From assembly GCA_012797095.1 (NCBI GenBank), contig JAAZPS010000055.1, positions 1-55,816 of the forward strand: DNA of 55,816 nt. Direction: 5' to 3'. A program made the translations under genes and the position numbers. Under the pieces are notes generated by a model. It worked only from the letters and a program-made list of their open reading frames with translations, was not told the origin of the DNA and did not search any database. Of this stretch, positions 16,649-26,521 are shown piece after piece (the first letter of the stretch is position 1; each line of letters starts with the position of its first letter). Source of the stretch: Bacillota bacterium (GTDB lineage: Bacteria; Bacillota; Dethiobacteria; DTU022).

Positions 16649-17983
16649 GTGAGGGTATACGATATTATCCTGAAAAAGCGCGGCGGGGGTGAACTCTCGG
16701 GCGAGGAGATCGCTTATCTGATCGCCGGCTATAGCGCCGGAACGATCCCCGATTACCAGCTTTCGGCCTTTGCCATGGCCCTCTATTTCCAGGGGATGAG
16801 CCGCCGGGAGATACTGGATCTAACCCTGGCCCTGGCCAATTCGGGCGAAACGGTATCCTTGAGCGGGATTCCCGGAGTGATCGTGGATAAACACAGCACC
16901 GGCGGGGTTGGCGATAGCACCACCCTGATCCTGGTTCCTCTGGTTGCCTCTGCCGGGGTGCCGGTTGCCAAGATGAGCGGGCGCGGCCTCGGTCATACCG
17001 GGGGAACCCTGGACAAGCTCGCGGCGATCCCCGGTTTTCGCAGTGATCTTTCCCCGGAGGAGCTGGTCGGCGCCGTTCAGAAAACGGGTGCTGCCGTGGT
17101 CGGCCAGACGGAAAACCTTGTCCCTGCCGACAAGAAGCTCTATGCACTGCGCGATCTCACGGCCACCGTTGACAGTATACCCCTGATCGCCTCCAGCATC
17201 ATGAGCAAGAAACTGGCAGCAGGGGCCGCTGCCCTGCTGCTCGATGTAAAGACCGGGGACGGCGCTTTCATGAACGAGCTGGAGGATGCTTTTACCCTTG
17301 CCGAAACGATGGTTCAGATCGGCCTCGGCGCCGGCCGTGAGACAGCTGCGGTGATCACCGGTATGGAGCAGCCCCTGGGCAGAGCTGTTGGCAATGCTCT
17401 GGAGGTGGCCGAGGCGATCCTGACCCTGCAGGGCCAAGGTCCCACCGATCTGACCGCTCTTGCTCTTTATCTGGGCGGCTGGATGCTTTTTCTGGCCGGA
17501 AAGGTATCTCACCCGCAGGAGGGCCGGACGCTGCTCGAAAAGAAGATCGCCGGCGGTGCCGCCCTGGAAAAATTCCGGGAGATGATCCGCACGCAGCATG
17601 GTAATGCCGCCGTTGTTGACGATCCGGGCCTTCTTCCCCGGGCCGCTGTGGTGGTACCGGTGAGAGCCGCCCGAAGCGGTTATATCTGCCGCCTCGGGGC
17701 AGGGCAGGTCGGCCGGGCGGCGATGCTCCTCGGAGCGGGCCGCCTGAACGCCGGCGACAGTATCGATCTGGCTGCCGGGGTGACCCTGGCCAAAAAAATT
17801 GGCGATCCTGTTGAAACCGGGGAGGTTCTGGCGTATCTACACCTGAACGGCACGTCGGAAAAGGAGCCGGCGTTAACTGCCGGGCGGCTCCTTCTGGAGG
17901 CTTACGAGATCGGTGCCGCGCCGGTGGTAGAGCCGGAACTGCTCCGCGGTTATGTTGACCGCGGCGGACGCCATCACATATAA
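16649..17983 (+). CDS. pdp: pyrimidine-nucleoside (thymidine) phosphorylase
   Basis: YDIILKKRGG.ELS.EEI...I.GY..G.IPDYQ.SAF.MA..F.GM...E...LT.A...SG and DKHSTGGVGD are present. The start is GTG. Confidence 0.93.
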   Translation: MRVYDIILKKRGGGELSGEEIAYLIAGYSAGTIPDYQLSAFAMALYFQGMSRREILDLTLALANSGETVSLSGIPGVIVDKHSTGGVGDSTTLILVPLVASAGVPVAKMSGRGLGHTGGTLDKLAAIPGFRSDLSPEELVGAVQKTGAAVVGQTENLVPADKKLYALRDLTATVDSIPLIASSIMSKKLAAGAAALLLDVKTGDGAFMNELEDAFTLAETMVQIGLGAGRETAAVITGMEQPLGRAVGNALEVAEAILTLQGQGPTDLTALALYLGGWMLFLAGKVSHPQEGRTLLEKKIAGGAALEKFREMIRTQHGNAAVVDDPGLLPRAAVVVPVRAARSGYICRLGAGQVGRAAMLLGAGRLNAGDSIDLAAGVTLAKKIGDPVETGEVLAYLHLNGTSEKEPALTAGRLLLEAYEIGAAPVVEPELLRGYVDRGGRHHI

Positions 17984-18005
17984 TTTACCGTGCAGGAGGA
18001 AAACG

Positions 18006-18680
18006 ATGGTACAAAAGATCGATCTGGCTCCGTATATCGAGCAGACCCTGCTGAAGCCCGAGGCGACGGTGCAGGAGATCGCCTCGCTGTGCCGCGAGGC
18101 GCGACGGTACAATTTTGTGGCTGTCTGCGTGAACCCGGTCTATGTTGAAAGCGCCTCTCAATATCTGCGCGGCAGCGGGCTTTGTGTTTGCGCCGTGGTC
18201 GGCTTTCCCCTGGGTGCGGCTACTGCCGCGGTAAAGGCCTTTGAGGCCGGGGAAGCTGTGGCCGATGGAGCCCGGGAGATCGATATGGTCATCCATATCG
18301 GCTCGCTGAAGGCCGGAAAACTGGATCATCTGGAGGCGGAGATCGCCGCGGTGGTCCAGGCAGCCCGCGGCTGCCCGGTTAAAGTGATCCTGGAGACGGG
18401 GCTTTTAACCGACGCCGAGAAGATCGCCGGTTGCCAGGCGGCAAAAAAAGGAGGAGCCCGCTTTGTGAAAACCTCAACCGGGTTCGGCCCGGGCGGGGCA
18501 ACTGCTGCCGATATCCGTCTGCTGAAGAAGGCCGCCGGTACAGGGATGGGTGTGAAAGCTTCCGGGGGCGTGCGCACCCGCGAGATCGCCCTGGAGATGA
18601 TCGCTGCCGGTGCTTCCCGTATCGGGACCAGCTCCGGAGCGGCGCTCATGGAAGGCTGCAGGCCGGGTCCGGCGGACTGA
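18006..18680 (+). CDS. deoC: deoxyribose-phosphate aldolase
   Basis: IEQTLLKPEAT...I..LC.EA....F..VCVNP.YV......L.....V..VVGFPLGA...DMV......VKVILET..L........FVKTSTGF fits DeoC. ATG 18006 follows GCAGGAGGA. Confidence 0.93.
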   Translation: MVQKIDLAPYIEQTLLKPEATVQEIASLCREARRYNFVAVCVNPVYVESASQYLRGSGLCVCAVVGFPLGAATAAVKAFEAGEAVADGAREIDMVIHIGSLKAGKLDHLEAEIAAVVQAARGCPVKVILETGLLTDAEKIAGCQAAKKGGARFVKTSTGFGPGGATAADIRLLKKAAGTGMGVKASGGVRTREIALEMIAAGASRIGTSSGAALMEGCRPGPAD

Positions 18681-18746
18681 TCGCCTTTTTGTGATGCATC
18701 TCTTTTCAAAATAGTGGCAGTATGATAGATTACAGGTGTTGTCAGG

Positions 18747-18781
18747 AAAGTTACCGGCCAGAAGACGGCACCGGTAACTTT
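18747..18781 (+). other. perfect 11 bp hairpin in the deoC-rnhA spacer
   Basis: AAAGTTACCGG (18747-18757) pairs with CCGGTAACTTT (18771-18781) around a 13 nt loop. No U-tract follows, and it ends 20 nt before the rnhA ATG. Confidence 0.4.
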
Positions 18782-18801
18782 GTCTAAACGGGGGAGAGAA
18801 G

Positions 18802-19257
18802 ATGAAACTACCACAGATAACAGTGTACACCGACGGAGCTTGCTCCGGAAATCCCGGCCCCGGGGGCTGGGCTGCCGTGATCATGGAAGATGGTGCTGGT
18901 GCGGTCACCGGGGAGATCTCCGGGGGCGAAGCGCATACCACCAATCAGCGGATGGAGCTGCTGGCGGCGATCAAGGCTCTGCGGGCGCTTCCCGAGGCCA
19001 GCAGGGTCCGCCTGCACAGTGACAGCGCCTATCTGGTCAATGCTTTTCTGCGCCGCTGGATCCCGCGCTGGCAGATGAACGGGTGGCGAACTGCCGCCAA
19101 CAAACCGGTCCAGAACCAGGATCTCTGGCGTGAACTGGTTGATCTTTCCGGAAAACATCGTGTTGAGTGGATCAAGGTAAAGGGACACAGCAACGATCTT
19201 TACAACGATCGCTGTGATGAGCTGGCCCGCCGGGCGATTCCCCGGGAGGACAGTTGA
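18802..19257 (+). CDS. rnhA: ribonuclease HI
   Basis: VYTDGACSGNPGPGGWA......TTNQRMEL.A.I.AL......V...SDS.Y.......W...W..NGW........V.N.DLW..L.......V.W..VKGHS....N..CDELA fits RNase HI. Confidence 0.93.
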   Translation: MKLPQITVYTDGACSGNPGPGGWAAVIMEDGAGAVTGEISGGEAHTTNQRMELLAAIKALRALPEASRVRLHSDSAYLVNAFLRRWIPRWQMNGWRTAANKPVQNQDLWRELVDLSGKHRVEWIKVKGHSNDLYNDRCDELARRAIPREDS

Positions 19258-19347
19258 ACCTGTGTCCGGGTTTACCTGAAAGGGCCGGTCCCTGGAAGTA
19301 AGGGGTTCTGTGGATCAAAGGCACGGTGTGCCCGGGGAGCTGAAAGC

Positions 19348-20457
19348 ATGCGCCGATTGGGTATTCTCACGGGGGGAGGCGATTGTCCGGGAATCAATGC
19401 TGTTATCCGGGCAGTCACCAAAAGTGCTCTTTACCGCTACAATATCGAGATGATCGGTTTCAACAACGGCTTCAAGGGATTGGTGGAAAATGAAGCCTGG
19501 CTGATCGGCGAAGCGGCCGCCTCCGGCATTCTTCACCGTGGCGGCACGATCCTGGGGACAACCAACCGGGATAATCCTTTCAGCTTTCGTGTTACCGGGG
19601 CCGCCGGGGAACTTTCCTACGAGGATCGCTCCGCCGATGCCCTCCGCCATATCGATGAATGGAACCTCGACGGTCTGATCGTTGTCGGCGGCGACGGCAG
19701 CCTGACCCTGGCCCATCGTTTCACCGAAATGGGGTTGCCGGTGATCGGGATACCGAAAACGATCGACAATGATCTCGGGGCTACAGAGGTCACTTTCGGT
19801 TTTGATACGGCGGCGGCGACGGCAACGGAGGCGCTCGACCGCCTGCATACGACCGCCGAATCACACCACCGGATCATGGTTCTGGAGGTGATGGGCAGAA
19901 ATGCCGGCTGGATCGCCCTGCAGGCAGGGATGGCCGGGGGCGCCGATATTGTCCTTATTCCCGAACTTCCGTTCAACTATGAACAGATCATTGCCAAAGT
20001 GCTCCAGCGCCGTTCCCGGGGCAAGAGATTCAGTATCGTGGTCGCCGCCGAGGGCAGTTTCCCCGAGGGTCTGGCCCCGGTTTACCGTTCTTCCGGCGGT
20101 GGGAGGAAAAAGTTGGGCGGGATCGGGGAGATTGTTTCCGCGGAGCTGGAGCGAAGGACGGGGCTGGAGAGCAGGGCAACCGTTCTGGGACACCTGCAGC
20201 GCGGCGGTTCGCCGACACCCTTTGATCGTGTTCTGGCGACCCGTTTTGGCGTTGCCGCCGTGGAGCTGGCTGCAGCCGGTCGCTGGAATGAGATGGTCTG
20301 CCTGCAGAGCGGAACGATCCGGGGAGCGCCCCTGACCGAGGCAATTGCTGAAATAAAACGGATCGATCCCGGAAACGAGCAGCTGAGAGCAGCAGCGGCC
20401 GTGGGGATCTCCTTCGGTTGCCAGCTACCGGTGCCGAGGCAAATCGGATCAAGGTGA
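19348..20457 (+). CDS. pfkA: 6-phosphofructokinase (PfkA family, GGDGS type, likely ATP-dependent)
   Basis: LGILTGGGDCPGINAVIRAV, VVGGDGSLT, IGIPKTIDNDL and MGRNAGWIAL are all present. Confidence 0.9.
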   Translation: MRRLGILTGGGDCPGINAVIRAVTKSALYRYNIEMIGFNNGFKGLVENEAWLIGEAAASGILHRGGTILGTTNRDNPFSFRVTGAAGELSYEDRSADALRHIDEWNLDGLIVVGGDGSLTLAHRFTEMGLPVIGIPKTIDNDLGATEVTFGFDTAAATATEALDRLHTTAESHHRIMVLEVMGRNAGWIALQAGMAGGADIVLIPELPFNYEQIIAKVLQRRSRGKRFSIVVAAEGSFPEGLAPVYRSSGGGRKKLGGIGEIVSAELERRTGLESRATVLGHLQRGGSPTPFDRVLATRFGVAAVELAAAGRWNEMVCLQSGTIRGAPLTEAIAEIKRIDPGNEQLRAAAAVGISFGCQLPVPRQIGSR

Positions 20458-20687
20458 GCGGCAATTGATGGACCAAAGGGTCAAGGTAAAAATGGCTGCA
20501 CCAGGCAATATCGTCTAACTGCAACAGACACTTCTGCAAGATCATCTTACAAGGTCCATAAAAAAAGATAGAGACGATATCCGGACAGTTTATGGGCAAC
20601 CTAGACCGGAAATAACGGTTTCAGCCGGGCTGGTGGGTATGGCTCTGCCTGCGCCGGCGCCACTATTGCCAGAAGGAGTGAGGGGCC

Positions 20688-21956
20688 GTGAAATTACGGG
20701 GGAATGCTGTTGTCGCCCAATCGGGGGGGCCTACCGCCGTGATCAACAACAGTGTTTGCGGGGTGGTCCAGGAATGGTTGAAGGGTGAACCGCCGGGCAA
20801 ACTTTACGGGGCTCTCTTCGGGATCAGGGGGGTTCTGGAAGAGAATCTGCTCGATCTGGGCAAGCAGCCGCCGTACATTATCGAGGGCCTCCGTTACACG
20901 CCCGGCGCTGCCCTCGGATCGAGCCGTTACAAGCTGGCGAGGGAAGAAGATTTCGCCCGGCTGCTCGATGCGTTCAGAAAGCATGATATCCGCTATTTTT
21001 TCTATATCGGCGGCAATGATTCCATGGATACGGCCGATCGGATCAATCGTTTTGCCGATCGGGTCAACTACGAGATCCGGGTGATCGGCATTCCCAAAAC
21101 GATCGACAATGATCTACCCTGTACCGATCATACCCCGGGCTACGGCAGCGCCGCCAAATTTCTGGCGGCAACAGTGAGCGAGACCGGCCTTGATCTGAAG
21201 GGTCTTGTGACCAGCAATCGTATTGTTGTTCTCGAGGCCATGGGCCGGAATGCGGGTTGGCTTACCGCTGCCGCCGCCCTGGCTAAAAGAGAGGAGTGCG
21301 ATGCGCCTCATCTGATCTATTTGCCGGAAGTCCCTTTCAGCAAGGAACGTTTTCTCGAAGAGGTCGCCGAGAACTATCGCGAGTACCGCTACGTTTATAT
21401 TGCCGCTTCCGAGGGCATCCGTTTCGACAACGGCAGCTATGTCTATGCGGGGGGAGAAAAAGATCCTTTCGGGCATGCCCGTCTCGGCGGATTGGCCGAT
21501 ACCCTGAAGGAGATGATCGAGGAGCAGCTGGGGGTCAATGTCCGGGGCATCTCCCTGGGGACGCTGCAGCGGGCGGCGGCACATTTTGCTTCCCGAACCG
21601 ATGCCGATGAAGCATACCTGGTCGGGGCTGCTGCAGTGAAGGCGGCGTTCAGGGGTGAAACCGATATCATGATCACCCTGCTCCGGGAAGAAAGCGGCGG
21701 CCTGTACCGCTGTACCAGCGGAACAGCGGTTCTTTCCGCCGTGGCAAACGTTGAAAAAAAGGTGCCTGCTGGCTGGATCTCTCCCTCGGGAAGCTATATC
21801 CAGGATATCTTCTTGCAGTATGCCCATCCCCTGATCGAGGGTGAAGTCAATCCGGTATTCAGAAATGGGCTGCCGGATTTCGTTCACCTGCAAAATTTTG
21901 ATCTCCCTGAATTGAGAAGGAGGCTCGACCGCGATGTCGCTGGTGTCACTGAATGA
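20688..21956 (+). CDS. second PfkA-family phosphofructokinase, long form with GGNDS motif (possibly PPi-dependent)
   Basis: AQSGGPTAVINNS, IGGNDSMDTA, IGIPKTIDNDL and EAMGRNAGWL are present. It starts with GTG and its 3' end overlaps fba by 23 nt. Confidence 0.85.
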   Translation: MKLRGNAVVAQSGGPTAVINNSVCGVVQEWLKGEPPGKLYGALFGIRGVLEENLLDLGKQPPYIIEGLRYTPGAALGSSRYKLAREEDFARLLDAFRKHDIRYFFYIGGNDSMDTADRINRFADRVNYEIRVIGIPKTIDNDLPCTDHTPGYGSAAKFLAATVSETGLDLKGLVTSNRIVVLEAMGRNAGWLTAAAALAKREECDAPHLIYLPEVPFSKERFLEEVAENYREYRYVYIAASEGIRFDNGSYVYAGGEKDPFGHARLGGLADTLKEMIEEQLGVNVRGISLGTLQRAAAHFASRTDADEAYLVGAAAVKAAFRGETDIMITLLREESGGLYRCTSGTAVLSAVANVEKKVPAGWISPSGSYIQDIFLQYAHPLIEGEVNPVFRNGLPDFVHLQNFDLPELRRRLDRDVAGVTE

Positions 21957-22788
21957 TATTCTAGGCAAGGCCGAGAAGGAAGGTTATGCTGTCGGAGCGT
22001 TTAACTGCAACAATATGGAGATCGTGCAAGCCATCGCCCGGGCGGCCGAGGAGGAGAGAGCGCCGGTTATCATCCAGGCCAGCCAGGGCGCGATTCGCTA
22101 TGCCGGGCTGCAGTATATTGTGGCCCTGGTAAAGCAGGCTGCTGCGGAGGTGTCCGTGCCGGTGGTGCTGCACCTTGACCACGGAACCAGCTTTGAGCAG
22201 GCGATTCAATGCATCCGCTACGGTTTTTCCTCGATCATGATCGACGGTTCGCAGTATCCCCTGGAAGAAAATATCGAGCTGACTGCAAAGGTGGTTGAGG
22301 TTGCTCATGCGGCGGGTGTTTCCGTGGAGGGAGAGCTGGGCCGGATCGGCGGGACCGAGGATGATATCAGCGTCAGCGACGCTGAGGCCTTCTTTACCGA
22401 TCCCGCGGAGGCAAATTACTTTGTGAAGCAGACCGGGGTCGATGCGCTGGCCATCTCCATCGGGACGGCCCACGGCCGTTACAAGGGGGTGCCCAGACTC
22501 GATTTTCCCAGACTGAAGCAGATCAAGGAAGCGATCCCCTGCCCGATCGTGCTGCACGGTTCTTCCGGGGTGGCTGATGGTGATATCAAAAAAGCGGTGA
22601 AACTCGGGGTCAGCAAGTTCAATATCGATACCAATATTCGCGAGGCCTTCACCGGGGCGATATATGATTATCTGGCGGCACAGCCGCATGAAATAGACCC
22701 GCGCAGTGTTCTGAAGCCGGCTCGCGATGCCGCAACTGCCATTATCAGGGGGAAGATCCGCCTTTTCGGTTCCTCCAACAGGGCCTGA
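21934..22788 (+). CDS. fba: class II fructose-1,6-bisphosphate aldolase
   Basis: MSLVSLNDIL..A.KEGYAVGAFN.NN.E..QAI..AAEE..APVI.Q.S, LHLDHG, MIDGS and HG(S)SG are present. Confidence 0.93.
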   Translation: MSLVSLNDILGKAEKEGYAVGAFNCNNMEIVQAIARAAEEERAPVIIQASQGAIRYAGLQYIVALVKQAAAEVSVPVVLHLDHGTSFEQAIQCIRYGFSSIMIDGSQYPLEENIELTAKVVEVAHAAGVSVEGELGRIGGTEDDISVSDAEAFFTDPAEANYFVKQTGVDALAISIGTAHGRYKGVPRLDFPRLKQIKEAIPCPIVLHGSSGVADGDIKKAVKLGVSKFNIDTNIREAFTGAIYDYLAAQPHEIDPRSVLKPARDAATAIIRGKIRLFGSSNRA

Positions 22789-22819
22789 AAGACTGCCGGG
22801 GGCCGCCGGGTTTTCTGCG

Positions 22820-23647
22820 CTAGTAAGGGGGCGCTATCTTGGCCACCAGCACGATCTGCATCACAGCAAAGGCCAGGAGAACAGCCCAGGAGTAGTAATC
22901 GTTTTTACTCATCCGCAGCACCTTCATCTTTGTTCGCCCGGCTCCACCGGTGTAGCAGCGCGATTCCATGGCGGTGATCATCTCTTCGGCCCGCCTGAAC
23001 GCATTGATAAACAGGGGCAGCAAGACCGGGAAAAGGTGCGTGATCTTTTGAATAAAATTACCGCGTCCGAAGTCGACACCCCGGGCAGTTTGCGCTTTGA
23101 TAATCTTCTCGGCTTCCTCGGCCAGCGTGGGTACAAAGCGCAGGGCGATCACCATCGTCAGGGCCAGCTCCTGGGCGGGGACCCTGATCCGCTGCAGCGG
23201 CCGGAGCAGGGCTTCGGTGCCGTCGGTCAGTTCAACCATGGAGGTGGTCAGGGTCAGGATGGTGGTCAGAAGAAAAAGCAGAAGGACCCGGATAGACATC
23301 AACGTGCCGATATGCAGTCCGGCATCGGTGGCTTTGAGCAGCCACCAGGAGAAGATAACCTTCGAACCCGGCGGTTTCTGGAAAAAGATCTGAAACAGCC
23401 ACATCATCGCCAGAAAGGGCAGCATCGGTCGCAGCCCCCGCAAGGCGTATCCGAGCGGAATCTTTGCCGCCAGGATCAGGGCGAGAGCAAAGGCGGCAAA
23501 AAAAGCGTAAGCAGTGTAGTTGTTGGTGAACAGGAGCAGGGTGATCAGGCCGGTGGTGCCGGCGATCTTGGTCCGCGGATCGAGACAGTGCAGCGTTGTA
23601 TCTCCGGGAAAGTAGATCCCTAGGGTCAGGTTTTTGGTTAGTTCCAA
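22820..23647 (-). CDS. ecfT: ECF transporter transmembrane (T) component
   Basis: It is polytopic, with ...LHCLDPRTKI... and the conserved ARG..F (AQTARGVDF) coupling motif. It lies directly downstream of two ECF ATPase genes. Confidence 0.9.
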   Translation of the reverse strand: MELTKNLTLGIYFPGDTTLHCLDPRTKIAGTTGLITLLLFTNNYTAYAFFAAFALALILAAKIPLGYALRGLRPMLPFLAMMWLFQIFFQKPPGSKVIFSWWLLKATDAGLHIGTLMSIRVLLLFLLTTILTLTTSMVELTDGTEALLRPLQRIRVPAQELALTMVIALRFVPTLAEEAEKIIKAQTARGVDFGRGNFIQKITHLFPVLLPLFINAFRRAEEMITAMESRCYTGGAGRTKMKVLRMSKNDYYSWAVLLAFAVMQIVLVAKIAPPY

Positions 23648-24513
23648 CTTTGCTCTCCCCCCGGTGGATTCAGAAATTTAATGATTTCGGTAACTGCTTC
23701 ACCAATATTGAGCACTCCCGTCGGCACGGCAAACCCCTTCTCCCGCAAAAGCTGCATGATCTCGATCACCTGCGGCGGCTCCAGACCGATCTGCTGCAGC
23801 CGGTCGATCCTGCTCAGCACCTCCCGGGCAGGACCGTCGTCGATAATTTTACCCTGATCCATGGTGATGATCCGATCCACCAGGCGGGCAACATCGTCCA
23901 TGCTGTGAGAGATCAAGATCACGGTGATCTTTTTTTCCCGGTGCAGCGCTTTGACCACATCGAGGATCTCCTTACGGCCCCGTGGGTCCAGCCCTGCAGT
24001 AATCCCGTCAAGAATCAGAACCTTGGGCCGGCAGGCCAACACCCCGGCGATGGCCGCCCTTTTCTTCTGCCCCCCGCTTAAAGAGAAGATATCCCGGTGG
24101 AAAAAGGTGTCGAAATCGAGCCCGACCAGCTGCATCGTCTCCCTGATTCTCTGCTGAACCTCCGCCGGCGAGCATCTCTGGCGGGTCGGCCCGAAGGCGA
24201 TATCCTCTCCAACCGTGGTTTTAAAGAGCTGATGTTCGGGGTTTTGAAAAACATAGCCCACCTTGAATCTGATCTGGACCAGATCGGTCTTGCGGTTGGC
24301 GGTATCTTTTCCGTCAATCAGCACCCGGCCGCTTTTGGGGATAAACAGGGCGTTGAAATACTGGCCCAGGGTCGATTTGCCGGACTGGGATGGACCGATT
24401 AGACCGACAAATTCCCCATCATCAATATGCAGGCTGATGTTGAACAGAGCCTGCCGGGCAAAGGGGGTCCCTTCCTTGTATGTATGGTTCAGACTTTCGA
24501 TTTCAATTGGCAT
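23638..24513 (-). CDS. ecfA2: ECF transporter ATPase component A2
   Basis: Walker A GPSQSGKST, signature LSGGQKKR and Walker B LILDGITAGLD are present. It sits in the position typical of EcfA'. Confidence 0.9.
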   Translation of the reverse strand: MPIEIESLNHTYKEGTPFARQALFNISLHIDDGEFVGLIGPSQSGKSTLGQYFNALFIPKSGRVLIDGKDTANRKTDLVQIRFKVGYVFQNPEHQLFKTTVGEDIAFGPTRQRCSPAEVQQRIRETMQLVGLDFDTFFHRDIFSLSGGQKKRAAIAGVLACRPKVLILDGITAGLDPRGRKEILDVVKALHREKKITVILISHSMDDVARLVDRIITMDQGKIIDDGPAREVLSRIDRLQQIGLEPPQVIEIMQLLREKGFAVPTGVLNIGEAVTEIIKFLNPPGGEQSWN

Positions 24514-25343
24514 AGACTGCTGACAAGCTCCTCTGCATGCAAAATACCCGGGTCTACCGGAAACCCTCTTTTTTTAAGCTCACCAGCCAGCTGCGCGGAG
24601 ACCGGTATATCGAGACCGGCAGCTTCGAGCAGGGCGGTCCGGTTGAAGATATCCTCCGGGGGGCCGTCCCTCTTGATCGCTCCATGATCCATGACTGCAA
24701 CCCGTTTGAAGTGAACCGCTTCGCTCATGAAATGAGTGATGAAGACAATGGCGATCCCTTCCTCGCGATTCAGTTTTTTCAAACTCTCGAGGACCTGTCT
24801 TCGCCCGAATGGATCCAGCAGCGCCGTCGGTTCATCGAGAACGATGCAATCGGGTTTCATCGCCAGAACACCGGCGATGGCGACGAGCTGTTTTTGCCCT
24901 TCCGACAGATGGCAGATCGATTCGCGGCGGTACTTGAATATATTCAGGGCAGAAAGCGCATGATTGACCCGTCTCCTGATCTCTGCAGGGGGAACCCCCA
25001 GATTCTCGGGGCCAAAGGCGACATCCTCCTCCACGATGGAGCTGATCAGCTGATTATCGGGATTCTGAAAGACCATCCCGACCCTTTTGCGGATCTCTTT
25101 GATCTTTTCCGGATCGCTGTTAGCGGTGGAGATACCGCGGATGAGCACCTTGCCGGTGGTTGGAACAAGCAGCCCGTTGAAGTGGCGGGCCAGTGTCGAT
25201 TTCCCCGATCCATTCGGACCGATAATGGCCAAAAACTCGCCCCTGTTGATCTGCAGATCGATCTTCTTTAACGCCCGGACGGGATCTGCAAAACCGGATT
25301 CGTAGGTAAAGGTTGCCTCTTTGAATTCAATAAGGTATTCCAC
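24489..25343 (-). CDS. ecfA1: ECF transporter ATPase component A1
   Basis: Walker A GPNGSGKST, signature LSEGQKQ and Walker B IVLDEPTALLD are present. The start is GTG. Confidence 0.9.
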   Translation of the reverse strand: MEYLIEFKEATFTYESGFADPVRALKKIDLQINRGEFLAIIGPNGSGKSTLARHFNGLLVPTTGKVLIRGISTANSDPEKIKEIRKRVGMVFQNPDNQLISSIVEEDVAFGPENLGVPPAEIRRRVNHALSALNIFKYRRESICHLSEGQKQLVAIAGVLAMKPDCIVLDEPTALLDPFGRRQVLESLKKLNREEGIAIVFITHFMSEAVHFKRVAVMDHGAIKRDGPPEDIFNRTALLEAAGLDIPVSAQLAGELKKRGFPVDPGILHAEELVSSLCQLKSKV

Positions 25344-25629
25344 GGTTAACCTCCGGTACGCCTGGGTTGCAATGATCTCTGGGGCTGAATATGGGGTAAG
25401 CAGGGAACCAATGTTTTACTTCTACATGAAGCGGCTTATTCCTGTCATCTTCTGAAATGTCATTATTGATACATTTTGCCCATTTAATCAAATTATTATA
25501 AAAATAATAATAATAGATCTCTTGAGCCGAGTCATCGATAATCCTGGGGAAAATTCTACAGACTGGCAGTGCCGCACGGGTAGCCCTCCAGACCGGAAAA
25601 TGATGAGCTGGAAGGTGCCTTATCCGGAA

Positions 25630-26460
25630 CTAGCGGCTGGCACCGCCCCCGCCGGAAGAGCCGCCGCCAAAGCCGCCTCCCCCGAAACCTCCCCCTCCGA
25701 AACCGCCGCCACCGAAGGTGCCCCCGCCGAAGCCGCCGCTGCCAAAGGGGCCCTGGCCGGAACTCCCGAAACCGCCGGGCGGAAATCCGCGCCAGTGACG
25801 CCGGCCAAATAGTATGGAGATGAGCGGAATGATCAGAATAAGAATCAACAGAGGGATAAAGATAAAGCCCGCCGGACCAAACCCGCCTTTCGATCGATCG
25901 CGGTACTCTTCCAGCGGCGCAAGGACTCCCTCCGGATCGACGCCGTATTCAGCAGCAACCTCTGCTGCCAGGGCCAAGTAGCCCTGCCGGATCCCGGCCG
26001 CATAATCCTTGCTGTGCCACTCGGGAAGCACATATTGATCGAGGATATAGCCTGCTTTACCATCGGGGATGGCCCCCTCGAGGCCGTAGCCCACCTCGAT
26101 GCGCACCTTGCCGCCCTGATCGGCGAGCAGCCTTTCCCGGTCCACCAGAAGCAGGAGCCCGTTATCTTTATCCTTCTTGCCCAAACCCCAGCTGCGAAAG
26201 AGCGACAGGGCGTACTCCTCGATCGGTTTTCCCTCCAGGCCTTCCACCGTAACCAGAACCAGCTCCGCTCCTGTTTTACGCTCCAGCGCATCTCCGATGG
26301 CGGAAAGCTCTGCTACTGTAGCCGCATCTATCAGGTTGCCGAAATCATTCACGTACGCAGCGCTCTCCGGGGGCGGCATGATCGCCTCGACAGGGACTGT
26401 TCCCCAGAAGGAGGCAAAAAAAATGATCACGGCTACACTTATCCGCAGCGCTTGTTTCAC
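25630..26460 (-). CDS. TPM-domain protein (YgcG-like) with TM segment and Gly-rich C-terminal tail
   Basis: A signal peptide is followed by the TPM core VNDFGNLI.......L......LE..TGAELVLVTV..L.G..IE.YA..LF..WGLG....DNG.LLLV. The tail is made of GGFGGG repeats. Confidence 0.85.
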   Translation of the reverse strand: MKQALRISVAVIIFFASFWGTVPVEAIMPPPESAAYVNDFGNLIDAATVAELSAIGDALERKTGAELVLVTVEGLEGKPIEEYALSLFRSWGLGKKDKDNGLLLLVDRERLLADQGGKVRIEVGYGLEGAIPDGKAGYILDQYVLPEWHSKDYAAGIRQGYLALAAEVAAEYGVDPEGVLAPLEEYRDRSKGGFGPAGFIFIPLLILILIIPLISILFGRRHWRGFPPGGFGSSGQGPFGSGGFGGGTFGGGGFGGGGFGGGGFGGGSSGGGGASR

Positions 26461-26521
26461 CAGATTCTCCCCTTAAAAAGATCTGTCAGATAGGGCAAAG
26501 AAAGCGATTCCCGCTTGCCGC

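Noticed and set aside
25630-25800. An apparent nucleotide repeat (GGNGGNTTY...) at the 3' end of the TPM gene, plus the plus-strand ORF 25522-25812.
   Set aside because: The repeat is explained by the Gly-rich (GGFGGG)n C-terminal tail of the TPM protein. The plus-strand ORF is its antisense shadow.
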